Shown here piece by piece: positions 9,441 to 18,172 of a stretch of DNA of 32,000 nucleotides (position 1 is the first letter of the stretch; each line of letters starts with the position of its first letter). Made by a program: the position numbers and the translations under genes. The notes below the pieces were generated by a model. The model was not told the origin of the DNA. It did not search any database and worked only from the letters and a program-made list of their open reading frames with translations. The DNA comes from an uncultured Lentisphaeria bacterium (GTDB lineage Bacteria; Verrucomicrobiota; Lentisphaeria; JABSQK01; JAJFLO01). The stretch is from positions 180,001 to 212,000 of the forward strand of contig OX638337.1 of assembly GCA_951812855.1 (NCBI GenBank), given 5' to 3'.

Positions 9441-11249
9441 CTACTTTAAACCTGAAACCGGGCACGACTGCAGCGACATCTTACGCATAGATATAGCCTC
9501 GGTCGGACATACTCGAAGACACTTGCCACATCGTATACATTGATCACTGTCAATCCAGATGTATGTGGCTTCTTTTGCCAGTGTAGCGTCAACATCCATT
9601 TTAACTGCACCATCATCATCGTGAAATAATCGTGCAGTTCGTTTAATACAATCGCGGGGTGCAGCTTTTATGCACCAGTCACAGTGTATACATTTATCCT
9701 GGTCAATCTCGAATTTGTAATGACATAGATAACACCGAGTTGCAGCAATATGTGTAGAATCGCCTTTTAACCCGGTTTCAACTTCAGCGGAACCATCTCG
9801 CTGTGTTAACGGCAGAACCGGCATATGGTCAGGCACCTGCAAATCATGATCTCTGAATCGACCTGTTTCACCACCCCGATCCACAAGTTCAATCCCGACA
9901 TGTGTTTTTAATCGAACCTGACCAGTCAAAAAAGTATCTATCTGTGCTGCTGCTGCTTTTCCGTCTTCGACAGCATGAATAACATCAAGACTGCCATAAG
10001 CAAAATCACCGCTTACAAAAACTCTTTCATGTGTTGTATTATGATTTTCTGCCAGTTTAATATTGTCTGGAAGTATATTCAATGTTCTGACTTGTCCAAT
10101 CGCAACAATCAACATGTTACAAGGAACATCAAAGTCACTGTCAGGTATCGGTGATATCGGCGGTTTTCCTCCGTCTCGATGGCTTTCTCCCAGCATATTT
10201 CGGTGAAAAACAACAGACTTCAACTTCCCGTCTTCAACTCTTGCTGACATTGGCGACACCAGGGTTTCAACAGTGATATTTTCATCCTGCAAGGCTTCCT
10301 GTTCCTCAACGTTAGCTGACATTTGTGCCTCAGTTCTGCGATACATAATCGATACATTTCCTTCTTCACCAACGAGCATTTTTGCAGCTCGTGCACAGGA
10401 TCGTGCACAGTCAACAGCAGTAAATCCACCGCCAACAATCACGACATCCTGACCTTTCATCTCCCTGATTTCTCCATAATTAAACTTTTTCATGAAATCA
10501 AGACCTGGAATCTCCATTCCTTCTTCCATTCCCGGAAGTTTTAAGTCAGAAGGTCGAACTGAACCAACGGAAACTAAAACGGCATCATAATCGTCGATAA
10601 TTTTTGACATTAATTCGGCATCGATATATTGGCCGGTTTTAACAGTAACACCGCTGTCGGTTATGAGTTTTACTTCACGTTCTACAATATCACGGGGCAG
10701 CCTGAATTTTGGTATCCCCATGATCATCATTCCCCCAAGACAATCTTCTTTTTCAAAAATTGTTACGTTATGACCATATCGTCTGAGTTCTCTGGCCGCA
10801 GTCAAACCAGCTGGTCCACCACCAATGATCGCAACCTTACAGTCACTGTTCTCAAACCATGAAGGTAACGGTTTTGCCGGATTCTCGCTGTCATCATCTG
10901 CAGTGCGTTTTAAGTGACAAATTTGAACCGGACCTTGAATACCGGTCCACTTATGTCGGCAATTATCCTCACAGGGACGAGTACAAATACGTCCCAATAC
11001 ACCCGGGAAGACATTGTCTTCCTGATTGATTTTATAGGCTTTATCGGGTTGTCCCTGTGCAATGGCTTCGATATAAGCCGGCACATTGGTTTTAGCCGGG
11101 CAGGCAGCCTGGCACGGTATATCTTTATAGAGAGTCTTTATATCAAGAAGCTTGTCTCCGACACCCGTAAATACAGAGAATTCTGAAGGATTCGGTGCTT
11201 TTTCATAATTTAAATTAAGAGATTTAATTGCGTCTGAAAACGGTTTCAT
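9441..11249 (-). CDS. GltD/NfnB/DsrL-like NAD(P)H-dependent Fe-S flavoprotein with a C-terminal 2x[4Fe-4S] ferredoxin domain (602 aa)
   Basis: N-terminal cluster motifs CQAACP and GRICTRPCEDNC. Dinucleotide-binding motifs IIGGGPAGLTAA and VIVGGGFTAVDCA. C-terminal CIHCDWC...C and CIRCGKCLRVCP. The ATG overlaps the upstream stop as ATGA at 11246-11249. Confidence 0.85.
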   Translation of the reverse strand: MKPFSDAIKSLNLNYEKAPNPSEFSVFTGVGDKLLDIKTLYKDIPCQAACPAKTNVPAYIEAIAQGQPDKAYKINQEDNVFPGVLGRICTRPCEDNCRHKWTGIQGPVQICHLKRTADDDSENPAKPLPSWFENSDCKVAIIGGGPAGLTAARELRRYGHNVTIFEKEDCLGGMMIMGIPKFRLPRDIVEREVKLITDSGVTVKTGQYIDAELMSKIIDDYDAVLVSVGSVRPSDLKLPGMEEGMEIPGLDFMKKFNYGEIREMKGQDVVIVGGGFTAVDCARSCARAAKMLVGEEGNVSIMYRRTEAQMSANVEEQEALQDENITVETLVSPMSARVEDGKLKSVVFHRNMLGESHRDGGKPPISPIPDSDFDVPCNMLIVAIGQVRTLNILPDNIKLAENHNTTHERVFVSGDFAYGSLDVIHAVEDGKAAAAQIDTFLTGQVRLKTHVGIELVDRGGETGRFRDHDLQVPDHMPVLPLTQRDGSAEVETGLKGDSTHIAATRCYLCHYKFEIDQDKCIHCDWCIKAAPRDCIKRTARLFHDDDGAVKMDVDATLAKEATYIWIDSDQCIRCGKCLRVCPTEAISMRKMSLQSCPVSGLK

Positions 11250-12808
11250 ATTCCGGATCCTGTTCGTTTAATACAATCAGAAAGCGTTTCATTTTCCTGC
11301 CTGACTTCCATAAATGTATCCAGTACTTTTTCAATAACAGTTGAACAATCTTCCACTTTAAACTCACCGATTTTTCTGCCAAAACTATCTTGTGTACCAC
11401 CGAGTAAAATTTCATAGCCTTCAACTGAACCTATACCTTCACGGATCCTCATACCCCGTAATCCGATATCTGAGATACGATAGGGTGAGCATGAATTTGG
11501 ACATCCGGTAATATTGATGATCGCTTTGTCCCAAATAGCATTGTACTTTTTCTGTTTTACCACGTCCATTAATTTTGCATAGGCAGTGCGTGTTTGGGAT
11601 ACTGCTTTAGGGCAATAGGTTGTACCGACACAGGGTACAATGTCGCGAATTCCAAAAAAGCCACCCGTTGCAAAACCGAGTTTTTCAATTTCAGATTTTA
11701 GTTCACTGACTTTTTCCGGAATGACACCATGTATTTCAATATTCTGACGGTTGGTTGTATAGATTTTCTTGTTCCCATAGATTTCGGAGAACTCGGCGAG
11801 TCGCTTGAACTGGTTGAAATTCATTTCTCCTTCAGGGATCATAGCTCTGACGGTAACACGGTTGTCTGTTCCGACTGGATCCTGCTCAACCAGTGGTCGA
11901 TCCGGCCATTGAAGACCGACATCTTCGATTGCTTTTGTTTCAAAGTCAGATGTATCGATTCCGTCGTCACTGAGAGCCTGAATCACAATCTTACGGGATT
12001 TATCAATGCCCAATCTGTCTACAACAAATTTTAATCTGGATTTTGATCTGTTAAAACGGTCTCCGTGATCTCTAAACAGAATTGCAACTGCACGGCAGAC
12101 GGGTAAAATTTTATCTCCGGGGACAAATGAAAAAAGCTCTTTCGCTACAAATGCCTTCCACCCCATTCCGCCACCAATTACAATTTTAAACCCCTGCTCT
12201 TCACCACCATTTTCACGTTTTCTATTTACTGCAGTGATACCTGCGCAATTGATATCGGGCTGAGCACATCCGGCACCACAACCAGACAGTGTAATTTTGA
12301 ATTTTCGTGGAAGATTATCAAGATCTCGACAGCTTTCAAGATATCTGGCTATCTCTTTGGCATGCGGTAAAACATTTATTCGACGATATCGACAGGTTTC
12401 AGCAAGTGGGCAGGCTGTGACGTTACGAGTGACATCGCCGCAACCATGGAAAGTTGTTAATCCATCTTCTGCTAATTCACGCAGAAGTTCAGGAAGATTT
12501 GGAATTTTCAACCAGTGCAGCTGTATTGCCTGACGGGTCGTAACAGAGAGTTTTCCCTGGGCATATAATTCGGATGCTTTAGCTATAACTCTTGCCTGAC
12601 CGGAGGTAATCTGGCCACCGGGAATAACGATTCTGGCCATGTGATTTCCAGGTTGACGCGACGCATAGATACCAAACCATTTAGAGATTAATGCTTCCTC
12701 ATTGGACATTTTGCCTTTTTTCGCAATTTCATCATAATCAATATTAAGTCCAGTTTCCTTAATTTCTTCATCTTCACTTAATCGTTTAAATTGTAGTTTT
12801 CTTTGCAT
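11246..12808 (-). CDS. sir: Assimilatory siroheme-[4Fe-4S] sulfite (or nitrite) reductase hemoprotein, ferredoxin-type monomeric form (520 aa)
   Basis: Two NIR/SIR half-domains. Cluster/siroheme cysteine motif CVGTTYC(x)...GCPNSC near the C-terminus. Sulfite rather than nitrite is inferred from the tight linkage to cysK (2-nt gap). Confidence 0.85.
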   Translation of the reverse strand: MQRKLQFKRLSEDEEIKETGLNIDYDEIAKKGKMSNEEALISKWFGIYASRQPGNHMARIVIPGGQITSGQARVIAKASELYAQGKLSVTTRQAIQLHWLKIPNLPELLRELAEDGLTTFHGCGDVTRNVTACPLAETCRYRRINVLPHAKEIARYLESCRDLDNLPRKFKITLSGCGAGCAQPDINCAGITAVNRKRENGGEEQGFKIVIGGGMGWKAFVAKELFSFVPGDKILPVCRAVAILFRDHGDRFNRSKSRLKFVVDRLGIDKSRKIVIQALSDDGIDTSDFETKAIEDVGLQWPDRPLVEQDPVGTDNRVTVRAMIPEGEMNFNQFKRLAEFSEIYGNKKIYTTNRQNIEIHGVIPEKVSELKSEIEKLGFATGGFFGIRDIVPCVGTTYCPKAVSQTRTAYAKLMDVVKQKKYNAIWDKAIINITGCPNSCSPYRISDIGLRGMRIREGIGSVEGYEILLGGTQDSFGRKIGEFKVEDCSTVIEKVLDTFMEVRQENETLSDCIKRTGSGI

Positions 12809-12810
12809 GT

Positions 12811-13740
12811 TTAATCCTCATAAAACAGTAATGTTGATATATACCTCTCACCGGTATCGGGTAAAATAACAACAATTCGTTTTCCGATATTTTCTGATTT
12901 GGAAGCGATCTTTTTAGCTGCACACACCGCGGCACCTGACGAAATACCACAGAGTAACCCTTCTGTTTTTATAATTTCTCTTGCGGTATCAATTGCTTCA
13001 AAACTATTCACAGTTACAATGTCATCGACAACATCCTTATTATAAATCTCCGGAATAAAACCCGCACCGATACCCTGTATCATATGGGGTCCCATTATCC
13101 CTCCGGAAAGTACGGGCGATTCCTCCGGTTCAACAGCAATGATTTTAATATCAGAATTTTTCTCTTTAAGAAACTTTCCTGTCCCACTGATTGTACCGCC
13201 GGTACCGACCCCGGAAACAAAAATATCAACTTTCCCCTCCGTTCCATTCCATGTTTCCGGGCCAGTTGTATCATAATGCACCTGTGGATTGGCCGGGTTG
13301 CAGAATTGTTGTGGCATAAATGCATTATCCATTTGTTCAACAAGTTCATTGGCCTGTTCGATAGCTCCAGGCATCCCCTGATTCGCTTCTGTAAGTATCA
13401 ATTCAGCTCCTAATGACTGGAGTATTTTTTTTCTTTCGATACTCATTGAACCCGGCATAGTCACTATACATTTGTATCCTTTAACTGCTGACACTAATGC
13501 TAATCCAATACCGGTATTTCCAGAGGTGGGTTCAATAATTGTACCGCCCGGTTTTAGAGTTCCATTTTTCTCAGCGGCTTCAATCATCGCTTTACCAATT
13601 CTGTCTTTGACACTCCAGCCGGGATTAAAGACCTCAAGTTTTCCAATAAGTTCACAATCAAACTCTCGACCAAACCGTGCTAATTTCAATAGCGGAGTAT
13701 CCGTGATCAGTTCACATAAATTTTCGACAAATCGTCCCAT
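12811..13740 (-). CDS. cysK: Cysteine synthase A (O-acetylserine sulfhydrylase)
   Basis: PLP-lysine motif NPGWSVKDRIG, then TSGNTGIGLA, and the GVGTGGTISG phosphate loop. The 309-aa length is typical. Confidence 0.95.
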   Translation of the reverse strand: MGRFVENLCELITDTPLLKLARFGREFDCELIGKLEVFNPGWSVKDRIGKAMIEAAEKNGTLKPGGTIIEPTSGNTGIGLALVSAVKGYKCIVTMPGSMSIERKKILQSLGAELILTEANQGMPGAIEQANELVEQMDNAFMPQQFCNPANPQVHYDTTGPETWNGTEGKVDIFVSGVGTGGTISGTGKFLKEKNSDIKIIAVEPEESPVLSGGIMGPHMIQGIGAGFIPEIYNKDVVDDIVTVNSFEAIDTAREIIKTEGLLCGISSGAAVCAAKKIASKSENIGKRIVVILPDTGERYISTLLFYED

Positions 13741-14252
13741 ACCTGCTCCGGGTTAATTGTAACAGAATGAATTAAAAGTTCGTCTTAATAAATCCTGATG
13801 ATTAGAGAATGGATACCAGGACAGTTTCGTTCTTCTTGGTAAACCGATAAAATCCTGCAAATCTACATCCGCAATCAGACTGCAACAACACAATAAGTTT
13901 AAGAATAATTGAAAATATCTGAAAGAGTTTTGTCATAAACTCTCAGGTCAGATTCTGAAAAGCAATTAAAATAACATTGTTTTAACAATTCAGCTTCATT
14001 ATATGTTCCAGGATAATTCGGTCTTTTTACAAATTTACTTGATTTCAGTTTGTGCATCGGTGATATTCAGCTGTGAGAATACAGAATTCTAATTTTCAGG
14101 TAAGTAAAAATCTGTCAGCCCCCAATAATTATCAGGAATAAGATGAGAGGTTTTCAGGTCCTTAGCTGGTGCAACCTTAAATCGAACTGTGTTAGATTCA
14201 AATTATTTTTCGAATCGTATCGCAGTTAAATAATAAAAAGAGAATAAGAAAA

Positions 14253-14786
14253 ATGAAAAAGAGTAATTTTACCATGATAGAAGTGTTGGTCGTCATGGCG
14301 ATTATCACTGTTTTAATGGGTATTTTAATTCCTGCGGTAAGCAAAGGAATGAAAAAAGCCAGGAAACAAGAATCTAAAACAGCAATTAAAACATTATATA
14401 TGGCAGTCAAACAATATGAATCCACCTATGGATTTCTGCCTTTTACCGGAGAGACAGGAGGGACCTCTGATCTCAAAATATCGGATAATCAGTATGACAA
14501 ACTTCTCGATACACTGGCCGGGATTAATGATACGGCAAATGATACTGTGGACACAAATCCCCGAAAAATAAAATTTCTTCAATTGGATAATGACAATACC
14601 TATAATGATTCGTGGAGTAAACGTTTTAAGGTTGCATTAGATCTGGATTACGATGAAGATATAGAAGGTTCAATAATTGATGGTGTGGATAACGCCAGTT
14701 CGGTCAACACCAAAATTGTTATATGGTCAGGAGGACCTGATGAGAACACTGCAGCAACAGGTGATAATATTAATTCATGGGATTAG
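14253..14786 (+). CDS. GspG-like type II secretion / type IV pilin-like pseudopilin with a prepilin-type N-terminal domain (177 aa)
   Basis: N-terminus MKKSNFTMIEVLVVMAIITVLMGILIPA, i.e. the FTxIE prepilin motif followed by a hydrophobic helix. The C-terminus IWSGGPDENTAATGDNINSW resembles the GspG tail (S.G.DG..G..DI.NW). Confidence 0.8.
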   Translation: MKKSNFTMIEVLVVMAIITVLMGILIPAVSKGMKKARKQESKTAIKTLYMAVKQYESTYGFLPFTGETGGTSDLKISDNQYDKLLDTLAGINDTANDTVDTNPRKIKFLQLDNDNTYNDSWSKRFKVALDLDYDEDIEGSIIDGVDNASSVNTKIVIWSGGPDENTAATGDNINSWD

Positions 14787-14996
14787 AATCATTTTCAGGG
14801 TCTGATTTAATGCTGCTCCGGAAGTAATGCACGTTGTATCAATTAATCAAGAAATTTCAATTAATAATTATTGAGTAATGGCTGAACCTGTAACTGACGT
14901 TCAAAGCATGGCGATAAAAGGGATTTATTCAAAAAATCATCGTAAATTCAGATCTATCCTGAAACCAGCTGTTAAAAAGTATAAAAAACCGGGTAA

Positions 14997-15701
14997 ATGA
15001 AATACTCACAAGATAAACGGAGACTAAGCAGTCTTTCAAAAGATTCGATCTATCTGGCACCGTCAATTCTTGCAGCAGACTTTTCCAGCCTGGCCAAAGA
15101 TGTTATTAGTGCAGAAACTGCCGGTATCGATATATTTCATATTGATATTATGGACGGACACTTCGTACCTAATTTATCCATAGGCCCCGGCGTTGTGCAA
15201 TCATTACGCCCCCTGTCAAATTTACCTTTTGATGTACATCTAATGTTAACTAACCCATTAAATTTCATCAAACCATTTGCCGATGCGGGTGCAGATAACA
15301 TTACGTTTCATTATGAATCCGATGATGCTGTAATTGAAACGATTGAATCCATAAGAGGAACCGGCTGTTCTGTTGGAATTTCCTTAAAACCTGACACTGA
15401 TGAAAATGAAATAATTCCTTTATTAAATCGTGTTGATCTGGTTTTAATCATGACCGTTGAACCAGGATTCGGCGGTCAGAAGTTTCGGTATGACATGATT
15501 TCTAAAATAAATGCTATCCGCGATTATATACATAAGGAACATTTAAATGTACACATCCAGGTGGATGGGGGTATTGATCTTGACACAGGTAAACAGGTTA
15601 TTGAAGCTGGTTCCAATATACTTGTTGCCGGTACGTCTATTTTCAAAAATGACAGTGGATTAGAAAATGCCATATTTGAATTTCAAAAACTTGCTCTTTA
15701 A
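14997..15701 (+). CDS. rpe: Ribulose-phosphate 3-epimerase
   Basis: Motifs APSILAADF, DIMDGHFVPNLSIGP, DVHLM, MTVEPGFGGQKF and VDGGI. The N-terminus is about 15 aa longer than in typical Rpe proteins. Confidence 0.95.
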   Translation: MKYSQDKRRLSSLSKDSIYLAPSILAADFSSLAKDVISAETAGIDIFHIDIMDGHFVPNLSIGPGVVQSLRPLSNLPFDVHLMLTNPLNFIKPFADAGADNITFHYESDDAVIETIESIRGTGCSVGISLKPDTDENEIIPLLNRVDLVLIMTVEPGFGGQKFRYDMISKINAIRDYIHKEHLNVHIQVDGGIDLDTGKQVIEAGSNILVAGTSIFKNDSGLENAIFEFQKLAL

Positions 15702-16342
15702 AATTCAAAAACTATTTTTCAATAAAGGTTCTCTATCTCCGGACTCTTTCCGAAAGTGCGGCAGTCAGCATACCGATACCGGCAATGTTGTGATTAATGT
15801 ATTACCATCATTCGCAGAAAATTCTGGAATTCCGGGTTGGTTACCCAATCCAGTTGTATGCGAAGACAGTGAATTTACATTTGTCATCAAGCACTTCTTC
15901 CATTCCGGCAACAATGCTGTGATAACGGCACCTGTCCTGGCTGTTTAGCTTTCATTTATCGAAACTGACCACGCGTCAACGCGTTATGGAGTTCCATCCA
16001 ATGAGGATGTAGGTGTTCATAATATGACACTCCGTTTTGATGATGTGGATAATAATCCGGATGAGCTCCGATACCTTAACCAGCAGTCCCGGGATGGCAT
16101 ATTAAAACTGAATGTTACGCAAATGTCATTTAATGATTTGTTCACGCAGGACGATATAGATTCAGGAAATGTTTTGTATGTCCACAGTGGAGTTCACGAT
16201 GGCAGAACTGTTTTTAGGAATTGAAGATAAGGAAGCAGAACCATTCAAGCCTACAGATACAGAAACTAAAATTTTAAGATTTCTAAATAAATTTAATCTC
16301 AAAGGTAAACTGGACGATGCAGAGAGGAAGAAAAAAAAATAA
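15664..16342 (+). pseudogene. Decayed fragment of a cadherin/CSPG-type adhesin repeat gene, with an in-frame TAG plus at least one frameshift
   Basis: ORFs 15667-15948 and 16024-16224 share one frame and are separated only by the TAG at 15946-15948. Their translation shows adhesin-repeat signatures (GNVVINVLP, SEFTFVI, FTQDDIDSGNVLYVHSG). Repeat-like sequence continues in the +1 frame (ELFLGIEDKEAEPF...) to a TAA at 16340-16342. There is no signal peptide and no proper N- or C-terminus. Confidence 0.4.
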
Positions 16343-16500
16343 ACTGCCCTTCTTTTTCCCGGCATCAGACTTACGGGAGCTTGCGTAAGTCTATCGAAAA
16401 AAAGATTTAACGGTCAACTCTGCAAGTAGAATCGTCTGGCACATGACGAAAAATATCGAAATGAAACACAGAAATCAGATAAAGAAACCCTCAATTCGAA

Positions 16501-17637
16501 TTAACATTGCAAATTTGAATATCCAATAAGTTCTTCCATTTTACGAAAGGCATTTCCACTGCCGACAATTTCCTTTGCCAATCCGACACCACTCTTCAAA
16601 CTGTCGGCTTTGCCACAAACATACAGTCCTGCTGCTGCATTAACCAACATCAAATCTCGCTTAGGACCAAGCTCAGTATTTTTGAGTAGATTCCTGATAA
16701 TTTCAGCATTCTCAGCAGCATCCCCACCCTTGAGATCATCAGAATTTCCACCATTAATTCCTAATTGTTCTGGTGAAATGAAGTCGTGTTGTATCACACC
16801 CTCACTGTCAATTTCAGATATTTTCGTCTCCCCTGTGGATGAGATTTCATCCATTCCCCCCTGACTGCCTTGATCTAAACCATGAACAACAAGAGCCCGA
16901 GTTACATTTAATCGTTTTAATACGCTTGCCAACTTTTCGGTAAGGTCAGGAGAAAACACACCCAGAACTTGACATGCCGGGACAACCTCTTCGGGGTAAA
17001 ACGCAGGATTACAGAGCGGTCCAAGGATATTAAAAATAGTTTGTCCGGAAATGTTTTTCCGAACACTCTGTACATGCTTAAATGATTTATGGAAATTTGG
17101 TGCAAAAATAAAACCAACACCAATGTCTGATATACACCTGCCAACACGTGTTGGAGACATGCTGATATTAACCCCCAATGCCTCCAACACGTCTGCACTG
17201 CCGCATTTTGAAGTTATTGATCTATTACCATGCTTTGCAACAATAATTCCGGCAGCAGCTAAAATAAACATAATTGAAGTTGACACGTTAAATGTAGAGA
17301 CCGTTCCACCGCCTGTACCACATGTATCCCCAAGTACATTTTCCGTGTTTGACCAATCAATACCAAGAGGAATTTTTTCTGCGGCTCTTCGAACGAAAAA
17401 TGCAAATGCAGCCAACTCATCAACGGAGACCTGTTTTTCTTGCATTGCAAGTAAAAATTCTTTTTGATGCAACTCAGAAATATTGCCAGACATCAGGAGT
17501 TTCATCGCACCGACGGCTTCACCGGGTAACAAATCCGTTTGTCGCCGCAAAATGTCGGTATAGAATCCCAGGCTGATACCTGGATCTGAATCCTCATTTA
17601 AAGATGAAATTAAATCTGAACAAAAATTTGCAGACAC
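16501..17637 (-). CDS. trpD: Anthranilate phosphoribosyltransferase
   Basis: Motifs GDTCGTGGG..STFNVST and KHGNRSITSKCGSADVLEALG. The longest ORF (to 17688, GTG) runs into tRNA-Phe, so the start was moved to the first non-overlapping start codon, GTG at 17637. The exact start remains uncertain because no ATG occurs before aa 62. Confidence 0.88.
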   Translation of the reverse strand: MSANFCSDLISSLNEDSDPGISLGFYTDILRRQTDLLPGEAVGAMKLLMSGNISELHQKEFLLAMQEKQVSVDELAAFAFFVRRAAEKIPLGIDWSNTENVLGDTCGTGGGTVSTFNVSTSIMFILAAAGIIVAKHGNRSITSKCGSADVLEALGVNISMSPTRVGRCISDIGVGFIFAPNFHKSFKHVQSVRKNISGQTIFNILGPLCNPAFYPEEVVPACQVLGVFSPDLTEKLASVLKRLNVTRALVVHGLDQGSQGGMDEISSTGETKISEIDSEGVIQHDFISPEQLGINGGNSDDLKGGDAAENAEIIRNLLKNTELGPKRDLMLVNAAAGLYVCGKADSLKSGVGLAKEIVGSGNAFRKMEELIGYSNLQC

Positions 17638-17656
17638 AGTGGATCCAATAAAATAA

Positions 17657-17731
17657 GGTGGCAAGGGTCGGAATCGAACCGACGACACAGGGATTTTCAG
17701 TCCCCTGCTCTACCGACTGAGCTACCTCGCC
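17657..17731 (-). tRNA. tRNA-Phe (anticodon GAA)
   Basis: A manual cloverleaf fold works. Acceptor GGCGAGG/CCTTGCC, D-arm GCTC-AGTCGGTA-GAGC, anticodon arm GGGGA-CTGAAAA-TCCCT, T-arm GTCGG-TTCGATT-CCGAC, discriminator A. Only CC of the CCA tail is encoded. Confidence 0.95.
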
Positions 17732-17786
17732 AGATAAAAATTAACGGAAGATATTATGGATATCAGTACATTCAAAATCAAGGTCC

Positions 17787-17833
17787 ATAAGCTATGAGTA
17801 CTTTGTTGATGATACAAGAATAATTTATTATTT
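17787..17833 (-). promoter_or_regulatory. Conserved tRNA promoter-like block (copy 1, upstream of tRNA-Phe)
   Basis: The minus strand reads AAATAATAAATTATT-CTTGTAT-N17-TAGCTTAT. This comprises an A/T-rich UP-like tract, a -35-like TTGTAT (17817-17812), a 17-nt spacer and a -10-like TAGCTT (17794-17789). A near-identical block lies upstream of tRNA-Arg. Confidence 0.4.
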
Positions 17834-17970
17834 TTCCTTCAAAATCCTCTTAACTTTAATGAATGACCAACGGCAAATAGAACAGGCATGAATGATAACA
17901 CCTAATTAAATGTATCATCAGGATCGAGGTTGCCGGACAGACTATAGAAAGTTGAACGATGATATGCGGT

Positions 17971-18021
17971 AAAAAACACTTAATTACACTCAAAATAAAT
18001 AAATTTTTGGATGTAATTAAG
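17971..18021 (-). terminator. Candidate terminator downstream of tRNA-Arg
   Basis: Minus-strand hairpin CTTAATTACA (18021-18012) / TGTAATTAAG (17988-17979), followed by TGTTTTTT. The stem is AT-rich and the loop is long (23 nt), so the call is weak. Confidence 0.3.
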
Positions 18022-18059
18022 AGTTTGATTTGACCGAAGTAAATGATACTTAAAATTAA

Positions 18060-18133
18060 TACGCCCGAAGGGAGTCGAACCCCTAACCTTCTGGTTCGTA
18101 GCCAGACACTCTATCCAATTGAGCTACGGGCGC
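18060..18133 (-). tRNA. tRNA-Arg (anticodon ACG)
   Basis: A manual cloverleaf fold works. Acceptor GCGCCCG/CGGGCGT (G1-U72 wobble), D-arm GCTC-AATTGGATA-GAGT, anticodon arm TCTGG-CTACGAA-CCAGA, T-arm AGGGG-TTCGACT-CCCTT, discriminator A. CCA is not encoded. Confidence 0.95.
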
Positions 18134-18172
18134 TTTGGGGGAAAAATGAAATATCACTCAATTTCGAGGGGT

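Noticed and set aside
10220-13756. Multiple 70-110-aa ORFs on both strands overlapping the gltD-like, sir and cysK genes
   Set aside because: All are nested in or antisense to genes with strong motif support. None carries a recognisable motif.
13802-13936. 44-codon minus-strand ORF upstream of cysK containing D-C-G-C, considered as a Cys-codon attenuation leader peptide
   Set aside because: It has only two Cys codons. No terminator or antiterminator hairpin pair lies in the 61 nt between its stop and the cysK ATG. There is no RBS. This is too weak to call.
16367-16392. Perfect 9-bp hairpin AGACTTACG-N8-CGTAAGTCT downstream of trpD and the adhesin pseudogene
   Set aside because: It is not followed by a T-run on either strand (ATCGAAAAAAAG on plus, GATGCCGGG on minus). 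It may still act as a stabiliser or weak terminator, but it cannot be called.
17638-17688. N-terminal 17-codon extension of trpD (tracked ORF start at 17688)
   Set aside because: It overlaps the T-arm and acceptor stem of a well-folding tRNA-Phe on the same strand, so it is most likely an artefact of longest-ORF calling.
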